Source of the DNA: Opitutales bacterium | Lineage (GTDB): Bacteria; Verrucomicrobiota; Verrucomicrobiia; Opitutales; JABSRG01 | NCBI GenBank assembly: GCA_049599475.1 | Contig: JBMYOQ010000040.1 | Location: 1 to 36,583 of the forward strand | Length of the DNA: 36,583 nucleotides | Direction of reading: 5' to 3' | Position numbers and translations under genes: made by a program | Shown here: positions 10,671 through 20,206 of the stretch, piece by piece | Numbering within the stretch: position 1 is the first letter of the stretch | Layout of the letters: the number at the start of each line of letters is the position of its first letter | The notes under the pieces: model-generated | Seen by the model: the letters and a program-made list of their open reading frames with translations, nothing else | What the model was told of the DNA's origin: nothing | The model's database searches: none

Positions 10671-11587
10671 TCAAACGGCGATCTAATTATTAATACCATG
10701 CCTTTGTTAAACCATATTTAGCGCTAAGGCAGCACGGCTGTTACGCCATCTGCGGCAATCCCACCTCGAGGACCGCATTCCTCCCATGAATTCGGGATGA
10801 GGATTATGATTTTCGATGTGATAGGGCTTTCCGCAATCACTCGATGAACGGCCCAAAACATAGCCCCCTTTTGCGTATTTTCATATAAACTACGAACTTA
10901 TATTTATGCCAATAGAAGCACACCCACATAGTTAAGAATCAATACAAAAAAAATTTCTTTTCATAAATCCAAACAAGGCTATCTAGCAAAACCCTATAAC
11001 TGTTAATAACGCCGAAATTAACAGGAATAGATATTCAATTATCAATAAGCCTTTTAATTTTGAAACGAGTGTTAAAAATTGAATACAAGGCCCGCAAAAA
11101 GGTTTTTTAATTGATAGAATAAGAATAGTCCATAGCTCTGTGGTTACCCACAATATAAAATACCCCTAACCATCACCCACAATGTCGTTTTTTGATTCGT
11201 CGCTCCGTGCGATCGGATGCACGTGTTTCACGTGCAAGTATCCATAGCTCAGCGCTTGTGCTACGACAGCAATTCCCTCTAGACCCCACATCGTCCCGGT
11301 GACAGCGGCCCATTGTATGGCCCGACCAGACGTGCTGGTAAATCAAGTGAGATGCGCTCTCGTGTACCCTCTTTCGAAGCTTCCCTAGAAGCTCTCTAGC
11401 CTCACTAAAAAAAACGTTTCTCCCCCGGAAAACAAGGCCCTCAGCCCCTCAGCTCGCCAGGATTCCGTAATGGAACAGCAAACGATCCATCTGGATTCGA
11501 GCCTGAAACGTTTGATCACGAAGTAGAAATTGCACCCCGCATTTCTCACTGTTTCCGAACCACATACACCACCTGCCCCTTTGCCTC

Positions 11588-14500
11588 ATGACGAATAAGC
11601 TACCCCCTTATGCGCATGCGCCAGAACAGACAATTGCCCATGGCGGCGACTTTAAGTCTGTTGATCAGCGCTCCAAGCCGAGCCCCTCGATCGCGAATCT
11701 GACTCCCATCCTGGCACTCCCCGCCCTGATGTGCGTTCACAGCGCACACGCACAGATGTCAGTGCACTTCGAAGATACTGCCCGGGAAATGTCGAAAGAG
11801 TATCTGATGCACTGGGATCGGATTGAGGCCAAGTGGTATGGCCCAGAGCTGACTCTTGTCGAAAACGGGGACATGGGCAATGTGCCCGCCAGCGAGCAAT
11901 CCTTTTCATCCGCAGTCATTGGCGACACATTCGGATTCACCGTAGAAGGCGTCGACGACTGGGACATGGCCGATGCAGATACCGAAAGCGCAAACAACAC
12001 ATTTGGCGCCTACATCGCTGGTCTGAATAAAACCAACATCAACATTCACGGCGGAGTGCCCATGGGGCTGGGCGTAGACAATGGAAACAGCTCTGACGTA
12101 AATGATAGTGTAGTCTTTCAGGACAACGGAAACCGCCGCGACAAGATCGACGATATTGGAGAGGCCCTCATAATCACTTTTGATACCAACGGCGGACTCA
12201 TGCCAGCCGAATCCGGACAGTTCCACCCGAGCCCAGAATCAACCTTCACCAACAATGGCCTCGGCGAATTCTCCAAGCTTTTCATTGAGGGCGTTTGGAT
12301 GAAAAAATACGACACCGCGAGCCTAAGACAGACAGGCAGCGTAGATGTCGTTTTCTACGACGTGAGCGCAAATACAGTGGTCCAGCGCCACCTCTACGTA
12401 GGTGCGGATAGCCAATCTGAAGCCTCGAACGTGCTCAACCGTCAAGAAGTCGAAGATGGCGATGTACTGATCCTGGCAAACCCTACTCTCGGGATTGATC
12501 CAGAAACGAACACACCCGTCGATCTCACATACCTAGTCACCGAACTGTGGGGCTTCACCTTCGATATCGAGTTTACACCGCCCGCAGATGATCCAGTCGA
12601 TACCAGCAACCCACCCCAGCACGCATTCGACGCGGGAACCCCCGGAGTCCCCGGATTCTCCAACATCGTGCGTGAAGATGGTGAGCTCGTAGCGCTCTTC
12701 CGCACCGACGGCACCTTGACCGATTTCGATGCCCTGCGAACCGTCACCTTAGATTTCCACAGAGGTTACCTGATCTCTCAAACACGCGGCACAAGCGTAG
12801 GGAACGCCTGGGGCGTTTTCGATATTTCCGATATCACCTCAGCAAATCCCACTGAGTCCGATCCAGTCGACCGCAGACCCACTCAAGTCGGTGAATGGCA
12901 GAAGACTACCGGCTCCACGCCGATGCACACTTACTTCGGCTACGAGCAAGAGCTTCGCGTGAACAACCCGGGGAGGGACTACTATGACCTATCGACTCTC
13001 CCCACCCTTACCCGCCTCGACTCATATCCTGCGGGCTATCAGGCAGTCGGAACAGGCGGTGGACGCAGCGCCTATAGCCTCCCTTACAACTACCACTCTA
13101 GCGGCAATGGACCGGTCACTATCTGGAATGCCAAGACTGGCGAAGACTTGGCGACACTGACCGATCATAATTTTGGTGCCATCGCAGTCCCCGTTGGGAA
13201 TTTGCTCATCCTCGCGAAAATCCGTGCCGGTGAACGCGCGCTAGCCTTTTACGATATCAGCGATCCAGAACGCCCAGCACTGCTCGATGTCATGCGCGCA
13301 AACGACCCTCGCTGGAGGATTCAGGGCCCTAGTGGTGCTTACGAGCCCGCGATTTTCGAGAATTACCTAATTCTCTCTAACTCCCTCCGCGGAGGCTACA
13401 CAGTCTTCATCGATTTCTCGGACCCGACAGACCTGAAGGTCCACCACCGTATCCTTGGAATCGACGGATCCGAGCGCTACCTTCAATTCCAAGACAAGCG
13501 GATGTTCGCCGGCACTGAAGTGATCGACCTCACCTACCTCGACCAAGGAGTTTCGACTGTAGAGCACGTGTTCGATAATCACATCGTCGACGGTGTCGAT
13601 TACGGCGCTCACCAAGGCGAATACATGCTTCCCTTGGGAAATCTTGTGGTCTGCGCTGAAAACTCGGAACAAGGCATTGAGAGCGTCGCAGCAATCTATG
13701 CATTCCAAGCTGAACCCGATGTGCTCGGACCCACCGTCGGGTATCACGTACCGACCGCCGGCGCTACCGATCAAGCCGTCACCTCGCGCATTGGGTTGAT
13801 GATCCACGAGACACTCGATACCACCACCCTCACCGATCAAACTCTCAAGGTATTTAAATTAGGCGATCCCGAGAACAGCATCGCCGGCACCCGCACCATT
13901 AGCGATAAAGACGTTGTCACTTTTACCCCAGAACAAGCCCTTGACTACAACACGACTTACCGCGTAGTCGCCGAGGGCATCAAAGATATCGCAGGCAATC
14001 CTATGGAGCGCTACGTGTTCGATTTCACTACGCAGCAATCCGATTCCCTGTGGTACCCCACTATCGATAGCGTCGGTATCGCTTACGTGCCTTCCATCAT
14101 CGCTGGCCAGGAAATCACATTCTTTACAAATGCCACTCCGGATAATGGAGAACCCCTCGACACACTCGAGTATCGCTGGGACTTCGGAGACGGCAATATT
14201 CAGGATTGGACATCAAATTTCGAAGCGACACATACATACCGCTTCCCAGGCAAATATGACGTAAAGGCCCAAGTGCGCAGCACAAATGCACCGCACTTGA
14301 TAACCATGCTCCAACTACAGCCATCCGTATTCACCAAACCTGCGGGCGAAGATGGCCATGAGCCACGCCTTGAGGCGGAAAACGGGGTATTGACGGGGCC
14401 CAACATTTCTATCGGCTATTCCGACGACTCATCCGGCGGAGCATACGTTCTATGCGAGGTAAATTCTGGAGTCTACTGGGATTTCGATAGCGTCGGCGGC

Positions 14501-17500
14501 CACTTCGATTTCCAATTCTGGGTCGCTATGCCCGAAGGTGAGGAAGTGCCAAGCAACCAAAGCTTCTCATGGCGCATGGGAGTCTACGTAAGCGAGATCG
14601 TAGACGGCGTCGCCACGAATGAGCAGTATCTCGGCGAATTTGCGACACGCAGCACGACTTACGAATACAAGGGCTTTACCGGCTATCTTCCACGCGAAGG
14701 TCGCTACCGCATCCAGCTCAAAGACGGCTCCGGCCCGCGTGAGCCCCGCGTTGATTTCGTGGACATCAAGGGGACCCCCAACCCAATCCGCTATGAAGCA
14801 GAAATGCTCCCAACGGCAAACATTACAAACGGCACAACCACCCCAGCCAACGGAGCTTGGTCTGACGCAAGCGATGGCAATTATGTAGAAGGTGCCGAAG
14901 GGTTTGAAGTCACCTGGAATTTTGATGCATACCAAACGGGTATTTACGACATCACCCTCAGAGCGAGTTCACAAAGCGCCCAGCCCAGCCAAATGGGATT
15001 GTTCGTAAATAATGTGAAGGTCCAAACCATTACACTCAGTTCCGGCAGTTTTGAAGACGTCTTGATTTCGGTGGAACTCGCCGAGGGCGCCAATACCATC
15101 GAACTCCGCGACTCCGAAGGCGGCGCGGAATTCAATGTCGACTATCTCGACATCGCGATACCTGCCTGGGAGGCACCCGCGCCACCACAGCGCAGCAGCC
15201 AAATTGCTTTGGACTCCGAAAACCGCCGCATTTACACCGTAAATCCGGACAACGACTCCATCACCGCGATCGATGCAGATGCCACTCCGGCCGTTAAACT
15301 CTGGGAACGCACAGTATCGAAAAATCCACGCGGTCTGGGCGTGGATTCCCAGGGACGCATCTGGGTCACCAGCTTCGGTGGAGACAGCATCGACATCGTC
15401 GACCCCAACAATGCGACAAACGATCAAGTGCTGCTCTATCCTCACGGATCAGCGCCTCACGATATCGTATTCAACGATGCGGGCACCCGCGCATTCGTCT
15501 CCTTCTACGGCGACCAGAAAGTGATTCAATTCGATGCTGAAAGCGCCCAAGGCGAAGAAATTTCAGAGGTAGCAACAGGCCCCTACCCAACCGCCCTAGC
15601 ACTCAGCGCAGACGAATCCACACTATTGGTAAGCCGCTTTATCTCCGGCGACGCGCGGGGAGACATTTATAAAATTAGTAACGATCCCGCGAGCGGGAAC
15701 ATGACCCTCGAATCCACGATCCCTCTTGCTGCAGATACAGAAAGCGCAGACGGCGGTATCGAAGGCCGCGGCATACCCAATTACATTACAAATATCGCGA
15801 TAAACCCAGAGTCCGGCGATGCCTACATTGCATCACAAAAGATCAATATCTTTGCCGGAGATTTCCGCGACCCAAGTCAACCCCTACTCCACGACTCAAC
15901 GGTCCGCACCATTGTCTCTGTAATCGATACCGAGACAAACGCAGAACGATTTGACGACCGGGTAGATATCGACAAATCATCTCAGCCCTCGGCTCTCTGG
16001 TTCGATCCTCAAGGCAATTTCCTCTTTGTTGCGCTGCAGGGAAACAACGCCGTCCAGATCCTCGATAACGGTGTAAACATCGGCACATTGGAGGTAGGTG
16101 CAGCACCTCAAGGCCTCACCTTCGACCCAGCGACCAATCGCCTCTACGTTAAGAACTTCATGAGCCGCGACGTGAGTGTCCACGATCTATCGAATTCCCT
16201 CCTTCTTGGCAACTTTAGCAACACGCTAGAGACAACGATAGACACTGTCGCAAGCGATGCCTTAGACGTAGGCAACATTCTACTCGGCAAACAAATTTTC
16301 TACCATGCATCGGCTCAAATGTCCCGCGATGGTTACATCTCCTGTGCATCCTGCCACCAAAACGGTGGACACGACGGTGCCACTTGGGACTTCACCCAAC
16401 GCGGCGAAGGTTTGCGCAATACCACGGATCTCCGCGGTCGTGCTGGCATGGCAAATGGCAACGTGCACTGGAGCGGTAATTTCGATGAGATTCAAGATTT
16501 CGAAAATGACATTGTAAATCATTTCGAAGGCTCCGGCTTCCTTCCCGAAGGCGAAGAGCCCAATGCACCTATGGGCGCTTCCAATGCAGGGCGCAGCTTA
16601 GAACTGGACGCCCTGGCCGAATACATTAGCTCCCTCGAAGACGAGAGCCTACCCAATAGCCCGCACAAAGAAGAAAACGGTCTTTTGACTGCTAATGCCA
16701 TAGCCGGTAAGGCTCTCTTTACTTCGCTGGATTGCGCAAGCTGCCATATTCCACAGGACGGCTACACAGACAGTCTCGGAAGTTTCTTACACGACGTCGG
16801 CACCCTCAAGGAATCTTCAGGTAAACGCCTCGGAGGCACTCTTCTTGGAATCGATACTCCGACTCTACTCGGCATTCACACTTCAGCCCCGTATTTCCAC
16901 GACGGCCGTGCGGCGACACTGGAAGATGTGTTCGACCCCACTGGCGATTCCGAGAGAGTCAATGAAGTCGGACAAGTGCATGACCTCAGCGGCCTTACTG
17001 CTACAGAACGCACCCAACTCATCGCTTTCATCAACGAACTCGACGCCTTGGAAGTAGCTACACCACCTGCCTTCACAGAGGGCACTCTGATCGCAGCCCT
17101 AGGAACCGCAGGGGAAGCTTACTCAGAAAGCATTGCCGGAGATGTAAACTACGCGGGCAACGACACCCTGACCTTCTCCAAAGTATCTGGTCCAGACTGG
17201 CTCAGCGTCGCAGCAAACGGAGACCTCTACGGGACCCCGACGAGCGGAGATGTCGGAGAGAATACTTTCACAGTCCAAGTGTCCGCATTCGATGGCACGG
17301 ATACCGCCGACTTGAGCATTCTCGTGGATCAATCTACTGAATCGACCGTGGGCGCAGTCGACAGCGCAAGCCGCTTGGCTCATGCGACATTCGACAGCAA
17401 TGCTGCAGACAGTGATAACACCTTGAACCTCAGCCTAGCGAGCGGCGCCATCATTGAGAGTGGCATTGGCCAATTCGCAGGATCCGTCCGCCTTGGCGGA

Positions 17501-18679
17501 AGCGGCGCAGAAGTTCGCATCGCGGATCATGTCGATTTCAACAACGGTAATGCACCGTGGGCTGAGCGCACTATAGCGCTGTGGTTCACCGTAGATGCAG
17601 TCGTGGGTCGCCAAATGATCTTTGAAGAAGGCGGCAGCACACGCGGCTTCAATATCTACCTTGAGGATGACACTCTCCACGTCGGCGGTTGGGACTCTGC
17701 CAGTGACGGCAACGATACCGGCACTTGGGCAGGCACCTGGCGCACAGTCAGCGGCATCACAGCCAACCAGTGGCATCATGTTGCGCTCGTCCTCGACGCA
17801 TCAGCGAATCCGACAGCACCCACCGAAGGGCAATTCTTTGCCTACCTCAACGGAGTTGAATTCGACGTGGGCAATAGCATCGGCATGCAAATCTGGAATC
17901 ATGGAGACAATGCTGCAATCGGTGGCATCAACGGCGGTTCAAAATATGCGAGCGGTTCTGCCCCCGCAAACATGGTGGGCAACGTAGACGACTTTGCCGT
18001 CTGGAACCGAGCGCTCACCGCTTCTGAAGTCGCCCGCTTGATGGGCCCATCGCTCAACCTTGCAGTGAGCATGATCAACACTTCAGGAGAGGCTGAGGCC
18101 ACAAAAGCATGGACCTTTACCGATCTCGATAGCACGAACCCCCAAGTCACAAAAGGTAGTGTCACCACCGAGGGTTCGATCGGTATCTTGACAGAAGCTG
18201 ACACCTTCACGATTACAGCCTCATCACTGGATGACTGGTCAACAGCGAATGCATCCGCCTCAACGGGTGACTTCCAGACTTACCTCTCCGGTATCGAAGC
18301 CACGAATACATCCACCCTCGATGCTCTTGGCAGCGGCATCATGGGTGTAAACGGCACGTGGATGGAGGGCACAACTGAGGCAATTGTGCTCACAGTAGAC
18401 ACGGCTGGCTTACCTAGCCTAGCGACACTCTACCTCACAGAGATCAACTTCGCCAATTATACAGGAACCGACCGGACTGACTTCCTTATCTTCCGCCCTA
18501 GCACCAACACGGTTATCGCCAATCAATGGAACGCCAACTACAACGGCCCCGATTCCGTATCCGGAAACTGGGCCCTCGAAGACGGCGACAAAATCATCAT
18601 CGCCACCGGCTCTGCAAACCTAAATCAGTTCCGCTTCAAAGGAATGAGCTTTGTAGTGGCAGATCCTGACGCACTCTAA
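11588..18679 (+). CDS. Giant secreted multidomain di-haem protein: unknown N-domain, LVIVD-like propeller, Big_5, PKD, 2x CBM6/35-like, YVTN propeller, bCcP/MauG-family di-haem domain, Ig (He_PIG), LamG, repeat of the N-domain
   Basis: Signal ending AHA-Q; YDISDPERP/IDFSDPTDL repeats; VTFTPEQALDYNTTYRV (Big_5); YRWDFGDG..HTY (PKD); RLEAE/RYEAE..NVDYL (CBM6/35-like); IYTVNPDNDSITAID and TGPYPTALA (YVTN); CASCH at 16343-16357 and 16733-16747; TPTL..APYFHDG; GPDWLSV..GDLYGTP; WHHVALV..VDDFAVWNRALT. Confidence 0.9.
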   Translation: MTNKLPPYAHAPEQTIAHGGDFKSVDQRSKPSPSIANLTPILALPALMCVHSAHAQMSVHFEDTAREMSKEYLMHWDRIEAKWYGPELTLVENGDMGNVPASEQSFSSAVIGDTFGFTVEGVDDWDMADADTESANNTFGAYIAGLNKTNINIHGGVPMGLGVDNGNSSDVNDSVVFQDNGNRRDKIDDIGEALIITFDTNGGLMPAESGQFHPSPESTFTNNGLGEFSKLFIEGVWMKKYDTASLRQTGSVDVVFYDVSANTVVQRHLYVGADSQSEASNVLNRQEVEDGDVLILANPTLGIDPETNTPVDLTYLVTELWGFTFDIEFTPPADDPVDTSNPPQHAFDAGTPGVPGFSNIVREDGELVALFRTDGTLTDFDALRTVTLDFHRGYLISQTRGTSVGNAWGVFDISDITSANPTESDPVDRRPTQVGEWQKTTGSTPMHTYFGYEQELRVNNPGRDYYDLSTLPTLTRLDSYPAGYQAVGTGGGRSAYSLPYNYHSSGNGPVTIWNAKTGEDLATLTDHNFGAIAVPVGNLLILAKIRAGERALAFYDISDPERPALLDVMRANDPRWRIQGPSGAYEPAIFENYLILSNSLRGGYTVFIDFSDPTDLKVHHRILGIDGSERYLQFQDKRMFAGTEVIDLTYLDQGVSTVEHVFDNHIVDGVDYGAHQGEYMLPLGNLVVCAENSEQGIESVAAIYAFQAEPDVLGPTVGYHVPTAGATDQAVTSRIGLMIHETLDTTTLTDQTLKVFKLGDPENSIAGTRTISDKDVVTFTPEQALDYNTTYRVVAEGIKDIAGNPMERYVFDFTTQQSDSLWYPTIDSVGIAYVPSIIAGQEITFFTNATPDNGEPLDTLEYRWDFGDGNIQDWTSNFEATHTYRFPGKYDVKAQVRSTNAPHLITMLQLQPSVFTKPAGEDGHEPRLEAENGVLTGPNISIGYSDDSSGGAYVLCEVNSGVYWDFDSVGGHFDFQFWVAMPEGEEVPSNQSFSWRMGVYVSEIVDGVATNEQYLGEFATRSTTYEYKGFTGYLPREGRYRIQLKDGSGPREPRVDFVDIKGTPNPIRYEAEMLPTANITNGTTTPANGAWSDASDGNYVEGAEGFEVTWNFDAYQTGIYDITLRASSQSAQPSQMGLFVNNVKVQTITLSSGSFEDVLISVELAEGANTIELRDSEGGAEFNVDYLDIAIPAWEAPAPPQRSSQIALDSENRRIYTVNPDNDSITAIDADATPAVKLWERTVSKNPRGLGVDSQGRIWVTSFGGDSIDIVDPNNATNDQVLLYPHGSAPHDIVFNDAGTRAFVSFYGDQKVIQFDAESAQGEEISEVATGPYPTALALSADESTLLVSRFISGDARGDIYKISNDPASGNMTLESTIPLAADTESADGGIEGRGIPNYITNIAINPESGDAYIASQKINIFAGDFRDPSQPLLHDSTVRTIVSVIDTETNAERFDDRVDIDKSSQPSALWFDPQGNFLFVALQGNNAVQILDNGVNIGTLEVGAAPQGLTFDPATNRLYVKNFMSRDVSVHDLSNSLLLGNFSNTLETTIDTVASDALDVGNILLGKQIFYHASAQMSRDGYISCASCHQNGGHDGATWDFTQRGEGLRNTTDLRGRAGMANGNVHWSGNFDEIQDFENDIVNHFEGSGFLPEGEEPNAPMGASNAGRSLELDALAEYISSLEDESLPNSPHKEENGLLTANAIAGKALFTSLDCASCHIPQDGYTDSLGSFLHDVGTLKESSGKRLGGTLLGIDTPTLLGIHTSAPYFHDGRAATLEDVFDPTGDSERVNEVGQVHDLSGLTATERTQLIAFINELDALEVATPPAFTEGTLIAALGTAGEAYSESIAGDVNYAGNDTLTFSKVSGPDWLSVAANGDLYGTPTSGDVGENTFTVQVSAFDGTDTADLSILVDQSTESTVGAVDSASRLAHATFDSNAADSDNTLNLSLASGAIIESGIGQFAGSVRLGGSGAEVRIADHVDFNNGNAPWAERTIALWFTVDAVVGRQMIFEEGGSTRGFNIYLEDDTLHVGGWDSASDGNDTGTWAGTWRTVSGITANQWHHVALVLDASANPTAPTEGQFFAYLNGVEFDVGNSIGMQIWNHGDNAAIGGINGGSKYASGSAPANMVGNVDDFAVWNRALTASEVARLMGPSLNLAVSMINTSGEAEATKAWTFTDLDSTNPQVTKGSVTTEGSIGILTEADTFTITASSLDDWSTANASASTGDFQTYLSGIEATNTSTLDALGSGIMGVNGTWMEGTTEAIVLTVDTAGLPSLATLYLTEINFANYTGTDRTDFLIFRPSTNTVIANQWNANYNGPDSVSGNWALEDGDKIIIATGSANLNQFRFKGMSFVVADPDAL

Positions 18680-18703
18680 AGCGAAACCACAATTCATTCA
18701 CCC

Positions 18704-18738
18704 AAAGCGGCGCAGCGAAACCTGCGCCGCTTTTTTTT
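18704..18738 (+). terminator. Rho-independent terminator of the giant di-haem gene
   Basis: AAAGCGGCGCAG-cgaaac-CTGCGCCGCTTT stem running into a T8 tract, starting 25 bp after the stop. Confidence 0.9.
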
Positions 18739-18787
18739 ACCGCAGAGACTACAGGTATAAAGTCGTTTCTTAGGGGGGTTGGCAGTT

Positions 18788-18967
18788 TATACGGTTTCCC
18801 ATAAGTGTTTTCGTTCATTTTGGTAAACCCACACTTTCGAAGTGCAGGAGTGGTAGGGCGAACCGTCCCTGGTGAGCCGCACCATTTAAGCCTTTGCTAG
18901 ACCCTCGATCGGCTCACCGAGACGGTTCGCCCATTTGTTTACGAAAATTATTTTGAGAAAGGCTCTA
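18788..18967. mobile_element. MITE-like element copy 1 (imperfect ~27-bp TIRs) containing a REP doublet
   Basis: Left end TATACGGTTTCCCATAAGTGTTTTCGT; right end reverse complement TAGAGCCTTTCTCAAAATAATTTTCGT; 30/31 identity (18795-18825 vs 20007-20037) with copy 2; internal REP pair at 18852-18932. Confidence 0.65.
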
Positions 18968-18969
18968 AC

Positions 18970-19037
18970 GGCAGGGGCAAGCGTCCTTGCTTGACCGTGT
19001 CTTTAGCCTCGGGCCGGCGAGGACGCCGTCCCCTACC
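18970..19037. repeat. Degenerate GTAG-type REP doublet
   Basis: GGCAGGGGCAAGCGTCCTTGC... is paired with ...GCGAGGACGCCGTCCCCTACC. Confidence 0.6.
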
Positions 19038-19248
19038 AGCGGCTGTGGCTATCTCATACTTACCGTAATTAAATCGATTTGATATAAGGAATCTAGATTG
19101 ATCCACTTCTATTCTCGCTGGAGTAGAATTTAGCATCAGCAAATCCAAGCGAGCCTTCAGGCCTTAACTGCGCTACGCAATCCCACAAAGAACACCTTTT
19201 CCAACCCGAGGGAGTTGCGATAGCCACGAAATCTGCATACTCTCCGGG

Positions 19249-19944
19249 ATGTCGATCGATAAACTGTTTGGTAACCTCGCGAGCAGCAGCGCGGCAAAAG
19301 GCGCCCTGGGGGGCGTGGCCGGTGGTGCGCTCGCTTCGATGTTAATCCACCCTAAGGCACGTAAGAAGCTTACCAAAACCGCTGTTAAAGTGGGAGGTGC
19401 CGCGGCCCTAGCTGGCGTTGGATACTATGCCTACAACCAGTGGCAGAAGAAAAAGCAATCCGCGACAATTCAGCCATCAGCCCCCGCGCCCGCAACCCCG
19501 CAGGCTATCCCTTCCGCCCAAACACCCCCTACGACTCAGGCCCAAGCGATTGATTTCACCCAGGCAGTACCTTCAGTCGACACCGCCCTAGCCATGAAGC
19601 TCATAAAAGCGATGATTTCGGCGGCTGGCGCTGACGGACAAATCGACTCTACAGAAATGAACACCCTCATGGACGCTCTCCAAACTGCGCAACTGACACC
19701 CGAAGAGAATGCTGAACTCATGCAGGATCTCAACAACCCTCCCACTGTCGAAGCCATCGCCGCCCTAGCCGTATCGACAGAAGAAGCGGCCGAGCTCTAT
19801 GGAGCCGCCATGAACGCAATCGATCCGGATACTCCCGCAGAAGTTTTCTACCTCAAGCGTCTAGCTACAGCATTACAACTCGACCCCGGTCTGGTAGAGT
19901 CGCTGCACCAAACTGAGAGTCAGCTTCTGAACACTGAGGCCTAG
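19249..19944 (+). CDS. DUF533 / YebE-like (TerB-like fold) membrane-associated protein
   Basis: GALGGVAGGALA...KVGGAAALAGVGYYAYNQW; LIKAMISAAGADGQIDSTE; AAELYGAA..IDPDTPAEVFYLKRLATALQL. Confidence 0.88.
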   Translation: MSIDKLFGNLASSSAAKGALGGVAGGALASMLIHPKARKKLTKTAVKVGGAAALAGVGYYAYNQWQKKKQSATIQPSAPAPATPQAIPSAQTPPTTQAQAIDFTQAVPSVDTALAMKLIKAMISAAGADGQIDSTEMNTLMDALQTAQLTPEENAELMQDLNNPPTVEAIAALAVSTEEAAELYGAAMNAIDPDTPAEVFYLKRLATALQLDPGLVESLHQTESQLLNTEA

Positions 19945-19999
19945 GGCAACATCTAGAGGCCTTCTCAAGAGAGATTTTTCAAGGCCGTCTCAATACTTT

Positions 20000-20135
20000 T
20001 AGAGCCTTTCCCAAAAGTGTTTTCGTTCATTTTGGTAGAAGCCGACGACCCCGGCGGCTTTTCAGCGCGCATTCGGCCGCCGGGGTCGTCGGCCGCTACC
20101 TTGGGTTTACGGATATACTTTTGAGAAACAGTCTA
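20000..20135. mobile_element. MITE-like element copy 2 containing a different REP doublet (20034-20100)
   Basis: Left end TAGAGCCTTTCCCAAAAGTGTTTTCGT; right end reverse complement TAGACTGTTTCTCAAAAGTATATCCGT; TA at both ends; internal GGTAG...CTACC inverted pair. Confidence 0.65.
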
Positions 20136-20206
20136 CCTCAACGCCAGAGTCCTCTGGGATGGCCCTAAGTTTGCTCATCGCGCGGGCGTAGCTCCCGGAT
20201 CGAACC

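Noticed and set aside
11030..11125. AT-rich TATTCAATT/AATTGAATA and TTGAT words as FNR/Fur/OxyR sites
   Set aside because: Spacing does not fit those consensus sites, and such words are frequent in AT-rich DNA.
11470..11526. 18-codon uORF MEQQTIHLDSSLKRLITK
   Set aside because: No clear ribosome-binding site or regulatory codon run; this length is expected by chance.
16380..16510. High similarity to about 32670-32800 as a template/variable-repeat or recent gene-conversion pair
   Set aside because: Differences fall mainly at synonymous positions, as expected from protein-level conservation, and no reverse transcriptase is present.
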